A DNA stretch of 64,000 bases from positions 1,586 to 65,585 of the forward strand of contig JAWOJJ010000011.1 in assembly GCA_046481675.1 (NCBI GenBank), written 5' to 3'. Positions 1-9,749 of this stretch are shown here, piece after piece. The first letter of the stretch is position 1. Every line of letters starts with the position of its first letter. Source of the stretch: Bacteroidales bacterium. GTDB taxonomy: Bacteria; Bacteroidota; Bacteroidia; Bacteroidales; UBA10428. Position numbers and translations under genes: made by a program. Under the pieces are notes generated by a model. It was given only the letters and a program-made list of their open reading frames with translations, searched no databases and had not been told where the DNA came from.

Positions 1-927
1 TCCCTGTTGCTTCATTACTTTGATATTCTTGTCGGGACTGGATGAGCTGACTTTCAGCATTTCTTCATACGTGCCGTCTGAAGAATGACCTTCTACAAAT
101 ATGAATTCCTGAGATTTCCCAAATACCGGAGTTCTGGTAATGGCACTTGGAATGTTGCCTTTCTCATTGCGGGCCGGAATGACAATGGAAACCGAATGCT
201 CTTTCCTTTGCGGCATATATATGCGGGCGGAAATTATGTTCAAAAGTCCCAGGTGATTCAAAACCGGCAGATTCACCAGGATTTTATTGAACAGAAAATT
301 CAGTAGCGGAATGTACTTGGGTAAAATCAGTTTTTGAGAGTTGGTCAGCACCTGAAACCCTTCAATTTCTAGAAGATTAACAATATCGTTGTATGACAGC
401 CAGTTCGGGTTTGGTGATTTTTGTTTCAGACCAATAAATTCTCCGAATCTTAATACCGGTTCCCAAAGAAAATTGTAGTTGGAAATGATTATTCTGGTCG
501 ACGGATGGCAGAATTTCCTGATATTATGGAGTGCCTTTTGAACATCCCACAACACATGAAGTAGGTCGGAAAGGATGATGTAGTCGAATTGTTGTTTATC
601 CTGATCCAGTTGTTCAATAAAAGTATCACTTTCAATGTCGTGAACCTTGAAATGCAGGTGGGTATGACGGGATGCGGCAAGTTCAATGGTTTTTCCGGAA
701 AAATCAATTCCCACTCCGAATTCCGGCTTCACTGCAGCCAGCAGATCTCCGGTGCCGCAGCCCACCTCGAGCACACGGGAACCAGCCGGAATGATAAAAG
801 AGAAGTATTTCTCAAGCGAACGGTGATAAAACCGGTTCCGCTTCTTCCAGACCATCCTTCGGTCAGCAATACGCTCAAAATATTCCCTGATATCCTCTTT
901 AGAAATTCCTTTTTCCGGTTCTTTCAT
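1..927 (-). CDS. Bifunctional class I SAM-dependent methyltransferase / family-2 glycosyltransferase; the 3' end runs off the left window edge
   Basis: Absent from the supplied ORF track because no stop lies inside the window. The reverse-strand ATG (complement of 925-927) opens a frame that stays open to base 1, 309 codons by my count. It reads MKEPEKGISKEDIREYFERIADRR...AGSRVLEVGCGTGDLLAAV (SAM motif I), then ...HSVSIVIPARNEKGNIPSAI...FIFVEGHSSDGT (GT2 N-terminal signature). Plus-strand ORFs 85..306 and 589..945 are antisense to it. Confidence 0.75.
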   Translation of the reverse strand, partial: MKEPEKGISKEDIREYFERIADRRMVWKKRNRFYHRSLEKYFSFIIPAGSRVLEVGCGTGDLLAAVKPEFGVGIDFSGKTIELAASRHTHLHFKVHDIESDTFIEQLDQDKQQFDYIILSDLLHVLWDVQKALHNIRKFCHPSTRIIISNYNFLWEPVLRFGEFIGLKQKSPNPNWLSYNDIVNLLEIEGFQVLTNSQKLILPKYIPLLNFLFNKILVNLPVLNHLGLLNIISARIYMPQRKEHSVSIVIPARNEKGNIPSAITRTPVFGKSQEFIFVEGHSSDGTYEEMLKVSSSSPDKNIKVMKQQG

Positions 928-1056
928 GCTGATTGTTTAACTTAAAAAGCAAAACCTGACACTTTACTTCCAATTATTCTATATTTGTGGGCATCATGAT
1001 TACCATCACAAACATAGTAACTTTTGTTAAACCCACTATAGAAAATTTACAGTACA

Positions 1057-3093
1057 ATGGCTTCACCTTCTAAAAGACCAGGACAAAAACAAACATCACC
1101 CGCGAAGAAGCAAAACCAGTCTTCTGTTTCGGCTGAAAGATCCGACAGGAAAACAACGGTTTCCAACATGGGCCTTTTGCATAAACTGGATGGATGGTTT
1201 GAACCCAAAATGAACTTATTCTTTTTCATTTCGATATTTCTATCGGTTATTTTTGGAATTTACCTGTTTGATGTTAAGATCAGTACAGGTGGTGACGATT
1301 CCAGTTATATCGAAATGGCACATAACTTCATCAGGGGAAAATCATTTCCTACATGGCACGGTCCATTCTATTGCATATTCCTGAGTATCCCGATGCTTAT
1401 TTTTGGCGTCAACGTGGTTTTACTTAAGGCAATCTCTTTTATCTTCATTATTGCCCAACTGGTGTTGTTTTATTACACATTCCGGAAATTGGTATCACCC
1501 ACCTTGCTGGCTTTGATTATGTTGGTTGTTTCAGTAAACTCAACCATTCTGTATTTTGCCAGCCAAACGTACAGTGAGGCTATGTACATGTTCCTGCAAT
1601 CACTGGTTATTTTTCTTTTCATTAAATACTACCTGATCAGCAAAGATGAGCCCGGGATTACCATGCGTAAAGAAATGGTCCGCGCCCTGGTTGTAGGTTT
1701 ATTTGTTTTTTTGGCAAGCCTTACCCGAAATATTGGCATTATCTTTTTGCCGGTAATGTTGCTGGTACTTTTGCTTGACAAAAGGATAAGGGCATCCATA
1801 ATGCTACTGGCGTCGTATTTTGTATATTATTTTCCCTTTAAGCTTTATAAATATTTCATATGGAATACTGAAATATCAAAAGGTTCACGACCTTTTCATG
1901 AAATTCTGCTGAAAAACTTTTACAATCCATCGGCCGGATATGAGGATTTTTCAGGAATGGTAGTCCGTTTTTTTGAAAATGCCCGTCTTTACCTTTCAAA
2001 GCATTTTATGATCAGCATTGGGTTGCATGATCCCACAACAACGGATAAAAGCTGGTTTGTGACTATTGTCGTTGCAACATTGCTGCTTCTGGCTCTGTAC
2101 TATGCCATAAAGCGCAACAGGGCGATGTTCTTTATGGGCTTGAGCATTCTGGCTTCTATGGCTGCCACATTTATTGCCCTGCAGCAATCATGGGATCAGA
2201 TGCGGATGGTCATCATATATGTTCCCATGATGTTGTTGTTTATCGCGTGGGGATTGCAGCAACAGGCTGAGAAAAAAGGTTACGGTTTTATATACCTGCT
2301 GATACCAGCCTTGCTGGTTCTCATTTTCTTCAAAACCCTGGATATGACAGCTGACAAAGCCAAGGCCAATAAAAAGGTTCTGGCAAGGAACATCAAAGGA
2401 AACAAGTATTACGGATTCACTCCCGATTGGCAGAATTACCTGCTCATGAGTGAATGGGTGGGGAAAAATATACCCGGGGAAGTTGTTGTTGCTGCCCGCA
2501 AACCCTCCATGTCGTTCATTTACAGCAAAGGAAGGGACTTCTACGGGATGTATCGTTTTCCCACGGAAACCCCGGAAGCGCTTTTGGAAGAATTAAAACA
2601 AAGAGCAGGCGAACTCATGGTTCTGCCTAACAAAGCAATTCAGGCAAACTGGCCTGTTGAGCTCCAGTTGGCCATTAAACAGTCGAATGTGGCCTATGTG
2701 GCTGAAGGAAGTGATATTTTCGGCGTTTATGATTTTAAGAATTTAACCGGACAGGGAGTGATTCAGACATTAATTGGTTTTCAGGTGAAACCGATTAGCT
2801 CCGATTCATTGCTGAACAGGCTTAAGATTTCCTCTCAGTCCACTTTTGCCGTTTCGCCCGATACGCTGATCAATAACCTGCGCAGAAATAAGGTGGATTA
2901 TATTATTGTAGCCAGCCTGCGTGCCAATCCGAACATGAATACCGGCAATATCATCAATAATATTCAGAGATATCTGTATTTTGTAGAACAGAAATATCCC
3001 GGAATACTTCAGGTGGTGCATCAGATTGGAATGAAACCCGAGGAAGAACCGGCATGGCTTTATAAGGTCAATTACAAGTTATACGGTTTGTAA
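1057..3093 (+). CDS. Polytopic membrane glycosyltransferase, GT-C fold (family 39/83, ArnT/PMT-like), with a soluble C-terminal domain
   Basis: 678 aa. A K/S/Q-rich cytosolic N-terminus is followed by about 10 hydrophobic segments. The first loop carries GGDDSSYIEMAHNF, a DD/DE-x-x-Y motif typical of GT-C enzymes. The last ~230 aa are soluble. The start could instead be an internal Met (MGLLHKL, near 1168). Confidence 0.5.
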   Translation: MASPSKRPGQKQTSPAKKQNQSSVSAERSDRKTTVSNMGLLHKLDGWFEPKMNLFFFISIFLSVIFGIYLFDVKISTGGDDSSYIEMAHNFIRGKSFPTWHGPFYCIFLSIPMLIFGVNVVLLKAISFIFIIAQLVLFYYTFRKLVSPTLLALIMLVVSVNSTILYFASQTYSEAMYMFLQSLVIFLFIKYYLISKDEPGITMRKEMVRALVVGLFVFLASLTRNIGIIFLPVMLLVLLLDKRIRASIMLLASYFVYYFPFKLYKYFIWNTEISKGSRPFHEILLKNFYNPSAGYEDFSGMVVRFFENARLYLSKHFMISIGLHDPTTTDKSWFVTIVVATLLLLALYYAIKRNRAMFFMGLSILASMAATFIALQQSWDQMRMVIIYVPMMLLFIAWGLQQQAEKKGYGFIYLLIPALLVLIFFKTLDMTADKAKANKKVLARNIKGNKYYGFTPDWQNYLLMSEWVGKNIPGEVVVAARKPSMSFIYSKGRDFYGMYRFPTETPEALLEELKQRAGELMVLPNKAIQANWPVELQLAIKQSNVAYVAEGSDIFGVYDFKNLTGQGVIQTLIGFQVKPISSDSLLNRLKISSQSTFAVSPDTLINNLRRNKVDYIIVASLRANPNMNTGNIINNIQRYLYFVEQKYPGILQVVHQIGMKPEEEPAWLYKVNYKLYGL

Positions 3094-3095
3094 GA

Positions 3096-3896
3096 TTGTC
3101 AGAACAAGAGAACAACAGCGGAATGAACAGCGTAGTTCTGGTGGGTGCCGGCAATGTGGCATGGCACCTGGGGCATCATTTGGTTGGCGCCGGATTCCAT
3201 GTTGTTCAGGTACTCAACAGGAGTCGTGAAAACGGAATCCGGTTGGCTCAGGAATTAAAAGCACCTTATTGTTCTGATGCAGATTCAATGAACCCGGAAG
3301 CCGATTTATACATTCTGGCTGTTTCTGACGATTCCCTTGGGAAAGTGTTGAATGGCGGAAGATTCAGGCAAAAGGGACTTGTGGTTCATACTTCGGGAAG
3401 TGTCAGTATGAACATTTTCGAGGGAAGGGCGCTGAATTTTGGTGTACTCTACCCGTTGCAGACGTTTACCAGGGGGAAAGCCGTTTCTTTTAAAGAAGTA
3501 CCCCTGTTTGTGGAAGCAAACCGGTCAGAAAATCTGGCAAAGCTGGAGTTTGTTGCCTCAAAGCTTTCAGATTCAGTGCATCGTGCTGATTCTGCAATGC
3601 GGTTGCAATTGCATGTGGCCGCAGTTTTTGCCTCGAATTTCTCCAATCATTTGTTTTCAATTGCTGACGAACTGCTGAGTGAAAAGGGCCTTTCATTTGA
3701 TGTGCTGAAGCCGTTGATCCGGGAGACCCTCTCCAAAGCCATGATCATGCCTCCGCGAGATGCCCAGACCGGGCCTGCTGTCAGGGGAAATATGGCTATA
3801 CTTGAAAAACACCTGGAAATGCTTCTTCCGCATCCGGAACTCAGGGAAATCTACCGGCTGATATCGGAACGGATTCTTTCAACTAGAAAGATCTAG
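3096..3896 (+). CDS. Rossmann-like / DUF2520 domain protein (predicted NAD(P)-binding oxidoreductase)
   Basis: Shows VVLVGAGNVAWHLGHHL (GxGxxA dinucleotide fold) and a C-terminal QTGPAVRGNMAILEKHLEML DUF2520-type motif. The track start at 3096 is TTG. The in-frame ATG at 3123 (MNSVVLVGAG) is the more likely start. Confidence 0.7.
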   Translation: MSEQENNSGMNSVVLVGAGNVAWHLGHHLVGAGFHVVQVLNRSRENGIRLAQELKAPYCSDADSMNPEADLYILAVSDDSLGKVLNGGRFRQKGLVVHTSGSVSMNIFEGRALNFGVLYPLQTFTRGKAVSFKEVPLFVEANRSENLAKLEFVASKLSDSVHRADSAMRLQLHVAAVFASNFSNHLFSIADELLSEKGLSFDVLKPLIRETLSKAMIMPPRDAQTGPAVRGNMAILEKHLEMLLPHPELREIYRLISERILSTRKI

Positions 3897-3973
3897 CGGG
3901 CATAAACCACGATGGACTTGCCGGTTGTATACCGTTGTGAAATCATTATTTTTGTAGTATTAATAAAATCCAG

Positions 3974-4495
3974 ATGCCTGAAATAAAGAAATTGCTGAAC
4001 CACATCAAGGCCTTTGCTTTTGATGTGGATGGGGTGTTTACTAACGGCTCCATCATGCTTCATCCGGGAGGAGAGTTCATCCGGATGATGAACATTAAGG
4101 ATGGTTTTGCAGTGCAACATGCTGTTAAAATGGGCTATCCCATAGCCATCATTACCGGCGGATTTTCGAAAATGGTGAAAAAAAGATTTACCACCCTGGG
4201 CGTTCAGGATATTTTCATGAAAAGCGGCATCAAAACAATTCCTTTTGATTCATTTTTAGCCAAATACCAATTGTCAGCGGATGAGGTCCTGTATATGGGT
4301 GATGACCTTCCCGACTTTGAAGTAATGAAACTTGCGGGTTTCCCAACATGTCCTGCTGATGCGGCACAAGAAATAAAACAGCTTTCACTCTATGTTTCAC
4401 CCTATAAGGGAGGAGAAGGCTGCGTACGCGACATCATTGAACAGGTTTTGAAATTACAGGGTAAGTGGCTTAATGATTTTTCATTCATATGGTGA
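3974..4495 (+). CDS. kdsC: 3-deoxy-D-manno-octulosonate 8-phosphate phosphatase (HAD-IIIA, KdsC family)
   Basis: AFAFDVDGVFTNGSIML (the HAD DxD nucleophile motif), NIKDGFAV, IITGG and YMGDDLPDF. The ~170 aa size is typical of KdsC. Confidence 0.8.
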   Translation: MPEIKKLLNHIKAFAFDVDGVFTNGSIMLHPGGEFIRMMNIKDGFAVQHAVKMGYPIAIITGGFSKMVKKRFTTLGVQDIFMKSGIKTIPFDSFLAKYQLSADEVLYMGDDLPDFEVMKLAGFPTCPADAAQEIKQLSLYVSPYKGGEGCVRDIIEQVLKLQGKWLNDFSFIW

Positions 4496-5451
4496 ATATT
4501 CTGGCTCATATTATGGCAGTGCTGCGCATGATCAGGATTTCAAACCTGCTTATTGTAATTGTTACACAGGTATTGGTAAGGCAATGTCTGATTGTTCCTT
4601 TACTGAAGCAGGTCCACATGGAACCGCAGCTGCCACCGGTTTCTTTTGTGTTCCTGATTCTTGCAACAGTTTTCATTACGGCAGGAGGTTATGCCATTAA
4701 TGACTACTTCGACCGGAAGATTGACAGGGTTAACAAACCCGGGGAGCAGATTGTGGGCACTTTGATATACCCAAGGCATGCCATGGCTTATCACCTGGTA
4801 TTCACTATTCTGGGTGTGATTCTGGGAACATGGGTTGCCCTTAAGGCAGGTGAATTGTACCTGAGCCTGGTGTTTTTCATTGTAAGCGGATTGCTTTGGT
4901 TTTACAGCACTTCATACAAACATGAACTGTTGCTTGGCAACGTTATGGTTGCCCTGCTGACTTCTCTGGTGCCATTTATTGTTCTTCTTTTTGAATTGCC
5001 TTTACTGGCAAGGAATTATGGCGCAAATATAAATTACATACTCCCGGTTCTCATGAAGTGGGTACTGGGCTTTTCCCTGTTCGCATTTCTGGTCAATCTC
5101 ATCCGGGAAATTGTTAAGGATGCAGAGGACTTTGAAGGCGATCAGGCTTATGGAAAAAAAACCATACCGGTTGTGTGGGGCGTGAGGACAGCCAAATCGA
5201 TTTCACTGGTGTTGATTGCACTCACCATTGCCCTTTTTGTAATTGCCTGGGTTAATTATGTACCGGATTATACTTCGCTCATATACTTTATTGCTTTTAT
5301 CATAACTCCACTGATTGTGACAGGGATTTTGCTTTTCAGGGGTGCCGACTCACAGGTCTACCGTAAGGCAAGCCTATTGCTGAAACTGGTTATGCTGACC
5401 GGTTTGGGCTACATGGTCATTGTAAACCTTCTCATCAATAACATGAAATGA
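4489..5451 (+). CDS. UbiA-family prenyltransferase (integral membrane)
   Basis: GGYAINDYFDRKIDRVNKP (first Asp-rich NDxxD motif), a second motif IREIVKDAEDFEGD, and about 8 TM segments. It overlaps kdsC by 7 nt. Confidence 0.75.
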   Translation: MVNILAHIMAVLRMIRISNLLIVIVTQVLVRQCLIVPLLKQVHMEPQLPPVSFVFLILATVFITAGGYAINDYFDRKIDRVNKPGEQIVGTLIYPRHAMAYHLVFTILGVILGTWVALKAGELYLSLVFFIVSGLLWFYSTSYKHELLLGNVMVALLTSLVPFIVLLFELPLLARNYGANINYILPVLMKWVLGFSLFAFLVNLIREIVKDAEDFEGDQAYGKKTIPVVWGVRTAKSISLVLIALTIALFVIAWVNYVPDYTSLIYFIAFIITPLIVTGILLFRGADSQVYRKASLLLKLVMLTGLGYMVIVNLLINNMK

Positions 5452-6050
5452 ACACACAGGAAATATTAAATAAGATAAATGAATTCGATATTGTTCTGGC
5501 TTCAAAATCGCCCAGGCGGCAGCAATTGTTAACGGAGATCGGGATTAAATTCAGGGTAGTCAATCATCTTGACATGGATGAAGTGTACCCGTCAGTTTTG
5601 AAGCGGGAAGAAATTCCACTGTACCTGGCAAAAGCCAAGGCATCATTTTATGAGTCATACCTGGAGCAAAATACCTTGCTGATTACTGCTGATACAATAG
5701 TATGGCTTGAAAATGAAGTGATTGGCAAACCTATTGATGCTGAAGATGCCGTTCGCATGCTGACCAGGTTGTCGGGCAACATGCATGAGGTTTTTAGCGG
5801 AGTATGTCTGAAAACAGTTTCCGGTGAAAAAACATTCTTTGCCAGTTCAAAGGTTTATTTCAGGAAGATTTCAGAAGAAGAGATCAGGTATTATGTAGAC
5901 AACTACAAGCCTTTTGACAAAGCCGGAGCATACGGAGTGCAGGAGTGGATTGGTTACGTAGGTGTTGAGAAAATTGAAGGCTCCTATTACAACGTAATGG
6001 GATTACCGGTTCAAAAGCTCTATTGTGAACTTATGCTTATGATTCAATAA
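5448..6050 (+). CDS. maf: Maf-family nucleoside triphosphate pyrophosphatase (septum formation protein)
   Basis: VLASKSPRRQQLL, ADTIV, KAGAYGVQE. It has a 4-nt ATGA overlap with the upstream gene. Confidence 0.85.
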   Translation: MNTQEILNKINEFDIVLASKSPRRQQLLTEIGIKFRVVNHLDMDEVYPSVLKREEIPLYLAKAKASFYESYLEQNTLLITADTIVWLENEVIGKPIDAEDAVRMLTRLSGNMHEVFSGVCLKTVSGEKTFFASSKVYFRKISEEEIRYYVDNYKPFDKAGAYGVQEWIGYVGVEKIEGSYYNVMGLPVQKLYCELMLMIQ

Positions 6051-6072
6051 TTGAAATTTCATTAACCATTTT

Positions 6073-8235
6073 ATGTATAAAGCATTATATAGAACAATCA
6101 CACTGACACTGGCATTGTGCCTTGGTATTCCGGTGTGGAGCGGAGAAGGGATGTGGCTTCCGGTTCATCTCGACAGCCTGAACCAAAAGGACATGAAGGA
6201 AAAAGGCCTCATGCTCGATGCGGCGGAAATTTTCAGCAACAGCCATCCCAGTTTAAAGGATGCCATTGTTATGTTTGGTAACGGCTGCACCGGAGAACTC
6301 ATTTCAGCGGAAGGACTTATGGTGACCAACCATCATTGCGGATACAGCCGCATTCAATCACACAGCACCGTTGAGAAAAACCTGCTGGCCGACGGATTCT
6401 GGGCGAAGACAAAAACTGAGGAATTGCCAAATAAGGGATTAACGGCAACATTACTGGTGCGCATGGAGCGTGTTACGAGCAGAGTTCTTACCGGGATACC
6501 TGATTCATTGAGTGAAACAGACAGGAACACCTTGATTAAGCAACGGATTGAGGTGGTCAGGAAAGAGGCGATTTCAGATACATTCCTGCATGCCGAAATC
6601 AAACCCTTTTATTTCGGAAAGGAGTACTATCTGTTTGTTTATCAGACTTACCGTGATGTCAGGCTGGTTGGTGCTCCTGCTGAAACAATCGGCCGGTTCG
6701 GGGGCGATGAAGACAACTGGATGTGGCCGCGGCATACAGGTGACTTTTCCCTCTTCAGAATTTACGCTGATAAAAACAACAGACCTGCTGATTATTCACC
6801 CGATAATGTCCCATACACACCCCGAAAATACCTGAACATTTCTATAGGTGGCGTTCAGGAAGGAGATTATACCATGGTTATGGGTTACCCGGGGCGAACG
6901 GATCAATACCTGACCTCTGATGCGCTGGAAATGATTACCGGGAAATCATTACCGGCAAAAATTGCAATAAGAACAGCAAGGCGAAATGCGCTTGAAACGG
7001 TGATGGATCAAAGCCCTGAATTGAGACTGAAATATATTTCAAAATATGTGAGTTTAAGCAATTCATGGAAAAAATGGATCGGTGTTGTTAAAGGAATTAG
7101 CCAGTCGCATGCATTGGAGGCCAAGATGAAGCAGGAGGAAGATTTCAGAAACTGGGCCGGAAATCTGCCTTCTGATCCCTCCGGTTATGCTTCATTACTG
7201 AAAGAATTTTCCATTGTTTATGATGAATTGGAGCCGATGTTTCTGGCAGGTGATTTGGGCACTGAAATACTGAATTCTTTGGAAACATCGCGCATAGTGA
7301 ATGATGTTCAGATGAAATTCTTTTCAACTCTTGATTCTTCCAAGGTTGTAAAGCAGTCCGCCATCCGAAATATCAAATCACAAGGGGATGCTTTTTTCAG
7401 GACAGAGGCTGTTGCTATCGACCGCAACACGCTTCCGGAAATGCTGGAAGTTTATATGAAATATACAGCTTCCATTTATCATCCGGCATTTAACAGGCAA
7501 ATAGCGGATGACTTTCATGGAAGTCATACCGCTTTTATTGAATCGGTTTTTAATAAAAGCATCTTTACAGATTCAGTGAAGTACCGAAAAACATTCAGAA
7601 TGTCTGAATCAAAGATCAGGAAGAAAATCATGAATGATCCCCTGATTTCGATTTACAGGGATTTTTCCGATATGCTTGTTCCTATTGTATATGGTCGGCT
7701 GGATAGCATGAACCGCAGTCTTAATGGCATGTACAGGAGGTATGTGACGGGGCTGATGGAAATGAAAACGGAAAAAACATTCTATCCTGATGCCAATTTT
7801 ACCATGAGGCTTACGTATGGAAAAGTTGAAGGGTATGAACCCGTAGACGCTGTGAAATACGCACATTATACCACGTTTGATGGCATACTCGAAAAAGAAA
7901 AGCTTGAAATTTCCGATTATAAGGTGCCTGAAGAGTTCAAGAAAGGAATACCGGAAAACATCCCCGCTTCTTACCTCACTGATGGACGCATTCCGGTTTG
8001 CTTTATTGCTTCGAACCACACATCAGGAGGGAATTCGGGAAGCCCGGTTCTTAATGCAAATGGCGACCTGATTGGCATTAATTTCGACAGGAACTGGGAA
8101 GGTACCATGAGCGATTATGCATACAATCCCGATATCTGTCGCAATATTTCACTTGATATCCGGTATATGCTGTTTGTAATTGACAAGGTTGCAAATGCCG
8201 ACTGGCTGCTAAATGAATTAACGCTGACCAATTAA
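6073..8235 (+). CDS. S46-family dipeptidyl-peptidase (DPP7/DPP11 type), secreted
   Basis: Signal peptide, then GEGMWLP, catalytic His in GLMVTNHHCG, WPRHTGDFSLFR (Asp) and SNHTSGGNSGSPVLN (Ser). The ~720 aa length fits S46. Confidence 0.9.
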   Translation: MYKALYRTITLTLALCLGIPVWSGEGMWLPVHLDSLNQKDMKEKGLMLDAAEIFSNSHPSLKDAIVMFGNGCTGELISAEGLMVTNHHCGYSRIQSHSTVEKNLLADGFWAKTKTEELPNKGLTATLLVRMERVTSRVLTGIPDSLSETDRNTLIKQRIEVVRKEAISDTFLHAEIKPFYFGKEYYLFVYQTYRDVRLVGAPAETIGRFGGDEDNWMWPRHTGDFSLFRIYADKNNRPADYSPDNVPYTPRKYLNISIGGVQEGDYTMVMGYPGRTDQYLTSDALEMITGKSLPAKIAIRTARRNALETVMDQSPELRLKYISKYVSLSNSWKKWIGVVKGISQSHALEAKMKQEEDFRNWAGNLPSDPSGYASLLKEFSIVYDELEPMFLAGDLGTEILNSLETSRIVNDVQMKFFSTLDSSKVVKQSAIRNIKSQGDAFFRTEAVAIDRNTLPEMLEVYMKYTASIYHPAFNRQIADDFHGSHTAFIESVFNKSIFTDSVKYRKTFRMSESKIRKKIMNDPLISIYRDFSDMLVPIVYGRLDSMNRSLNGMYRRYVTGLMEMKTEKTFYPDANFTMRLTYGKVEGYEPVDAVKYAHYTTFDGILEKEKLEISDYKVPEEFKKGIPENIPASYLTDGRIPVCFIASNHTSGGNSGSPVLNANGDLIGINFDRNWEGTMSDYAYNPDICRNISLDIRYMLFVIDKVANADWLLNELTLTN

Positions 8236-8246
8236 TGATTTGACCT

Positions 8247-8555
8247 ATGATAGCAACATTTGTGCACATTTGGGTAAAGGAATCCCATATTGATGATTTC
8301 ATCGCTGCCACAATTGAGAATCACAAGCAGTCGGTTCAGGAGTCTGGCAATCTCAGGTTTGATATCCTGCGTGATGCGGAGCATCCTGCCAAATTTGTTT
8401 TATACGAAGCCTACGTGTCGGATGAGGATGCCGCGGCTCATAAAAAAACTGCGCATTACCTGAAGTGGCGCGATCTGGTTGCTGACTGGATGGCGCAGCC
8501 CCGTCAGGGTATCCGTCATGAAATTGTTTACCCTGTTGAAGATGCGGCATGGTAG
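8247..8555 (+). CDS. Antibiotic-biosynthesis-monooxygenase (ABM) domain protein / putative quinol monooxygenase
   Basis: 102 aa ferredoxin-like ABM pattern: IWVKESHIDDFIAAT...LRFDILRD...FVLYEAYVSDEDAAAHKKTAHY. Confidence 0.7.
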   Translation: MIATFVHIWVKESHIDDFIAATIENHKQSVQESGNLRFDILRDAEHPAKFVLYEAYVSDEDAAAHKKTAHYLKWRDLVADWMAQPRQGIRHEIVYPVEDAAW

Positions 8556-9721
8556 CGGGCTTTAACCTCCTCCGCACGCCACGTATCTATTTTGGCTGGA
8601 GACAGTCTGAAAAGGTATTGGGTCTTATAGGCCGATACGGGAAGCGGGTTTTGCTGGTAACAGGTGCCACTTCCTACACACGTAATCAGGGAATTACAGA
8701 AATCATCTCATCCCTCGAGAAAGCAGGGCGCATCGTTCATCATGCACGAATTGAATCAGAACCTTCGCCGGATGATATTGATACCACAGCGGAAGCATGC
8801 CGGGGTAAAGATCCCGATCTGGTGCTGTCAATAGGGGGCGGAAGCGTTATTGACGCGGGTAAGGCCCTGTCTGCCATGATGCCGATCCCCGATTCAATCA
8901 GGGATTATCTTGAGGGCGTTGGAACAAAAAAGCATACGGGTGAAAAGAAGTTTTTCGTTGCAATACCTACTACTTCAGGTACCGGCAGTGAAACAACTGC
9001 CAATGCAGTAATTTCATTTACCGGGAAAAACGGGTTCAAACGATCGTTGCGGCATGAAAACCTGGTTCCCGACATGGCTATAGTGGATCCACAGCTGACC
9101 GTCAGTTGTTCGCCGCAAATTACCGGTGCAAGCGGGATGGATGCCTTTACCCAGCTGGTTGAATCATACCTTTCGGTTAAGGCAAATGCGATGACAGATG
9201 CCCTGGCATTGGAAGGGATCAGCCAGATACATAAAAATCTTCTAAATGCTGTGCTTCATGGTGATGATGCTGAAGCCAGAACGGGAATGTCCCTGGCAGC
9301 ATTGCTTTCGGGTATTACCCTGGCGAATGCAGGATTGGGCCTGATTCATGGATTTGCCTCTTCCATAGGTGGATTGCATGATATTCCGCACGGCACTGTT
9401 TGCGGGACCCTGATGGGAGTTGTGAACCGTTACCAGGTATCGGCACTTTTGAAGCTGCCGGAAGCTACCCCGGCTCATGATAAGTATGAGAAACTGGGCA
9501 GGTTGTTTTCCGGAGCAGAGGGGAAGTCGCCAGGCTGGTACATGGAATATGCGGTTGAATATATTGAAACACTTACCGGTCAGCTGAACCTGAAACGACT
9601 GAGTGAATTTGGTATTCAAGGGAACGACCTGATGGCCATTGCAGAAATCACAGATCATAAATCAAATCCCGTTCACTTTGAAAAGGAACAGTTGGTGGGA
9701 ATGATGAAGGAGCGGTTGTGA
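8549..9721 (+). CDS. Iron-containing (group III) alcohol dehydrogenase
   Basis: IGGGSVIDAGKA, PTTSGTGSE, and metal-ligand His residues in GLIHGFASSIGGLHDIPHG. It overlaps the ABM gene by 7 nt. Confidence 0.85.
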   Translation: MVAGFNLLRTPRIYFGWRQSEKVLGLIGRYGKRVLLVTGATSYTRNQGITEIISSLEKAGRIVHHARIESEPSPDDIDTTAEACRGKDPDLVLSIGGGSVIDAGKALSAMMPIPDSIRDYLEGVGTKKHTGEKKFFVAIPTTSGTGSETTANAVISFTGKNGFKRSLRHENLVPDMAIVDPQLTVSCSPQITGASGMDAFTQLVESYLSVKANAMTDALALEGISQIHKNLLNAVLHGDDAEARTGMSLAALLSGITLANAGLGLIHGFASSIGGLHDIPHGTVCGTLMGVVNRYQVSALLKLPEATPAHDKYEKLGRLFSGAEGKSPGWYMEYAVEYIETLTGQLNLKRLSEFGIQGNDLMAIAEITDHKSNPVHFEKEQLVGMMKERL

Positions 9722-9749
9722 AGCCTCCCGGGAAGTCAGGATGAAACAC

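Noticed and set aside
85-945. Track ORFs 85..306 (+), 489..707 (-) and 589..945 (+) at the left edge
   Set aside because: They are antisense or out of frame relative to the edge-truncated methyltransferase/GT2 gene (1..927, minus), whose frame carries clear SAM-MTase and GT2 motifs.
8549-9721. The Fe-alcohol dehydrogenase, or any other ORF, as a hidden LarA
   Set aside because: Its motifs (GGGSVIDAGK, PTTSGTGSE, His-rich metal site) are classic group III ADH. Nothing here matches the LarA DUF2088 N-domain pattern.
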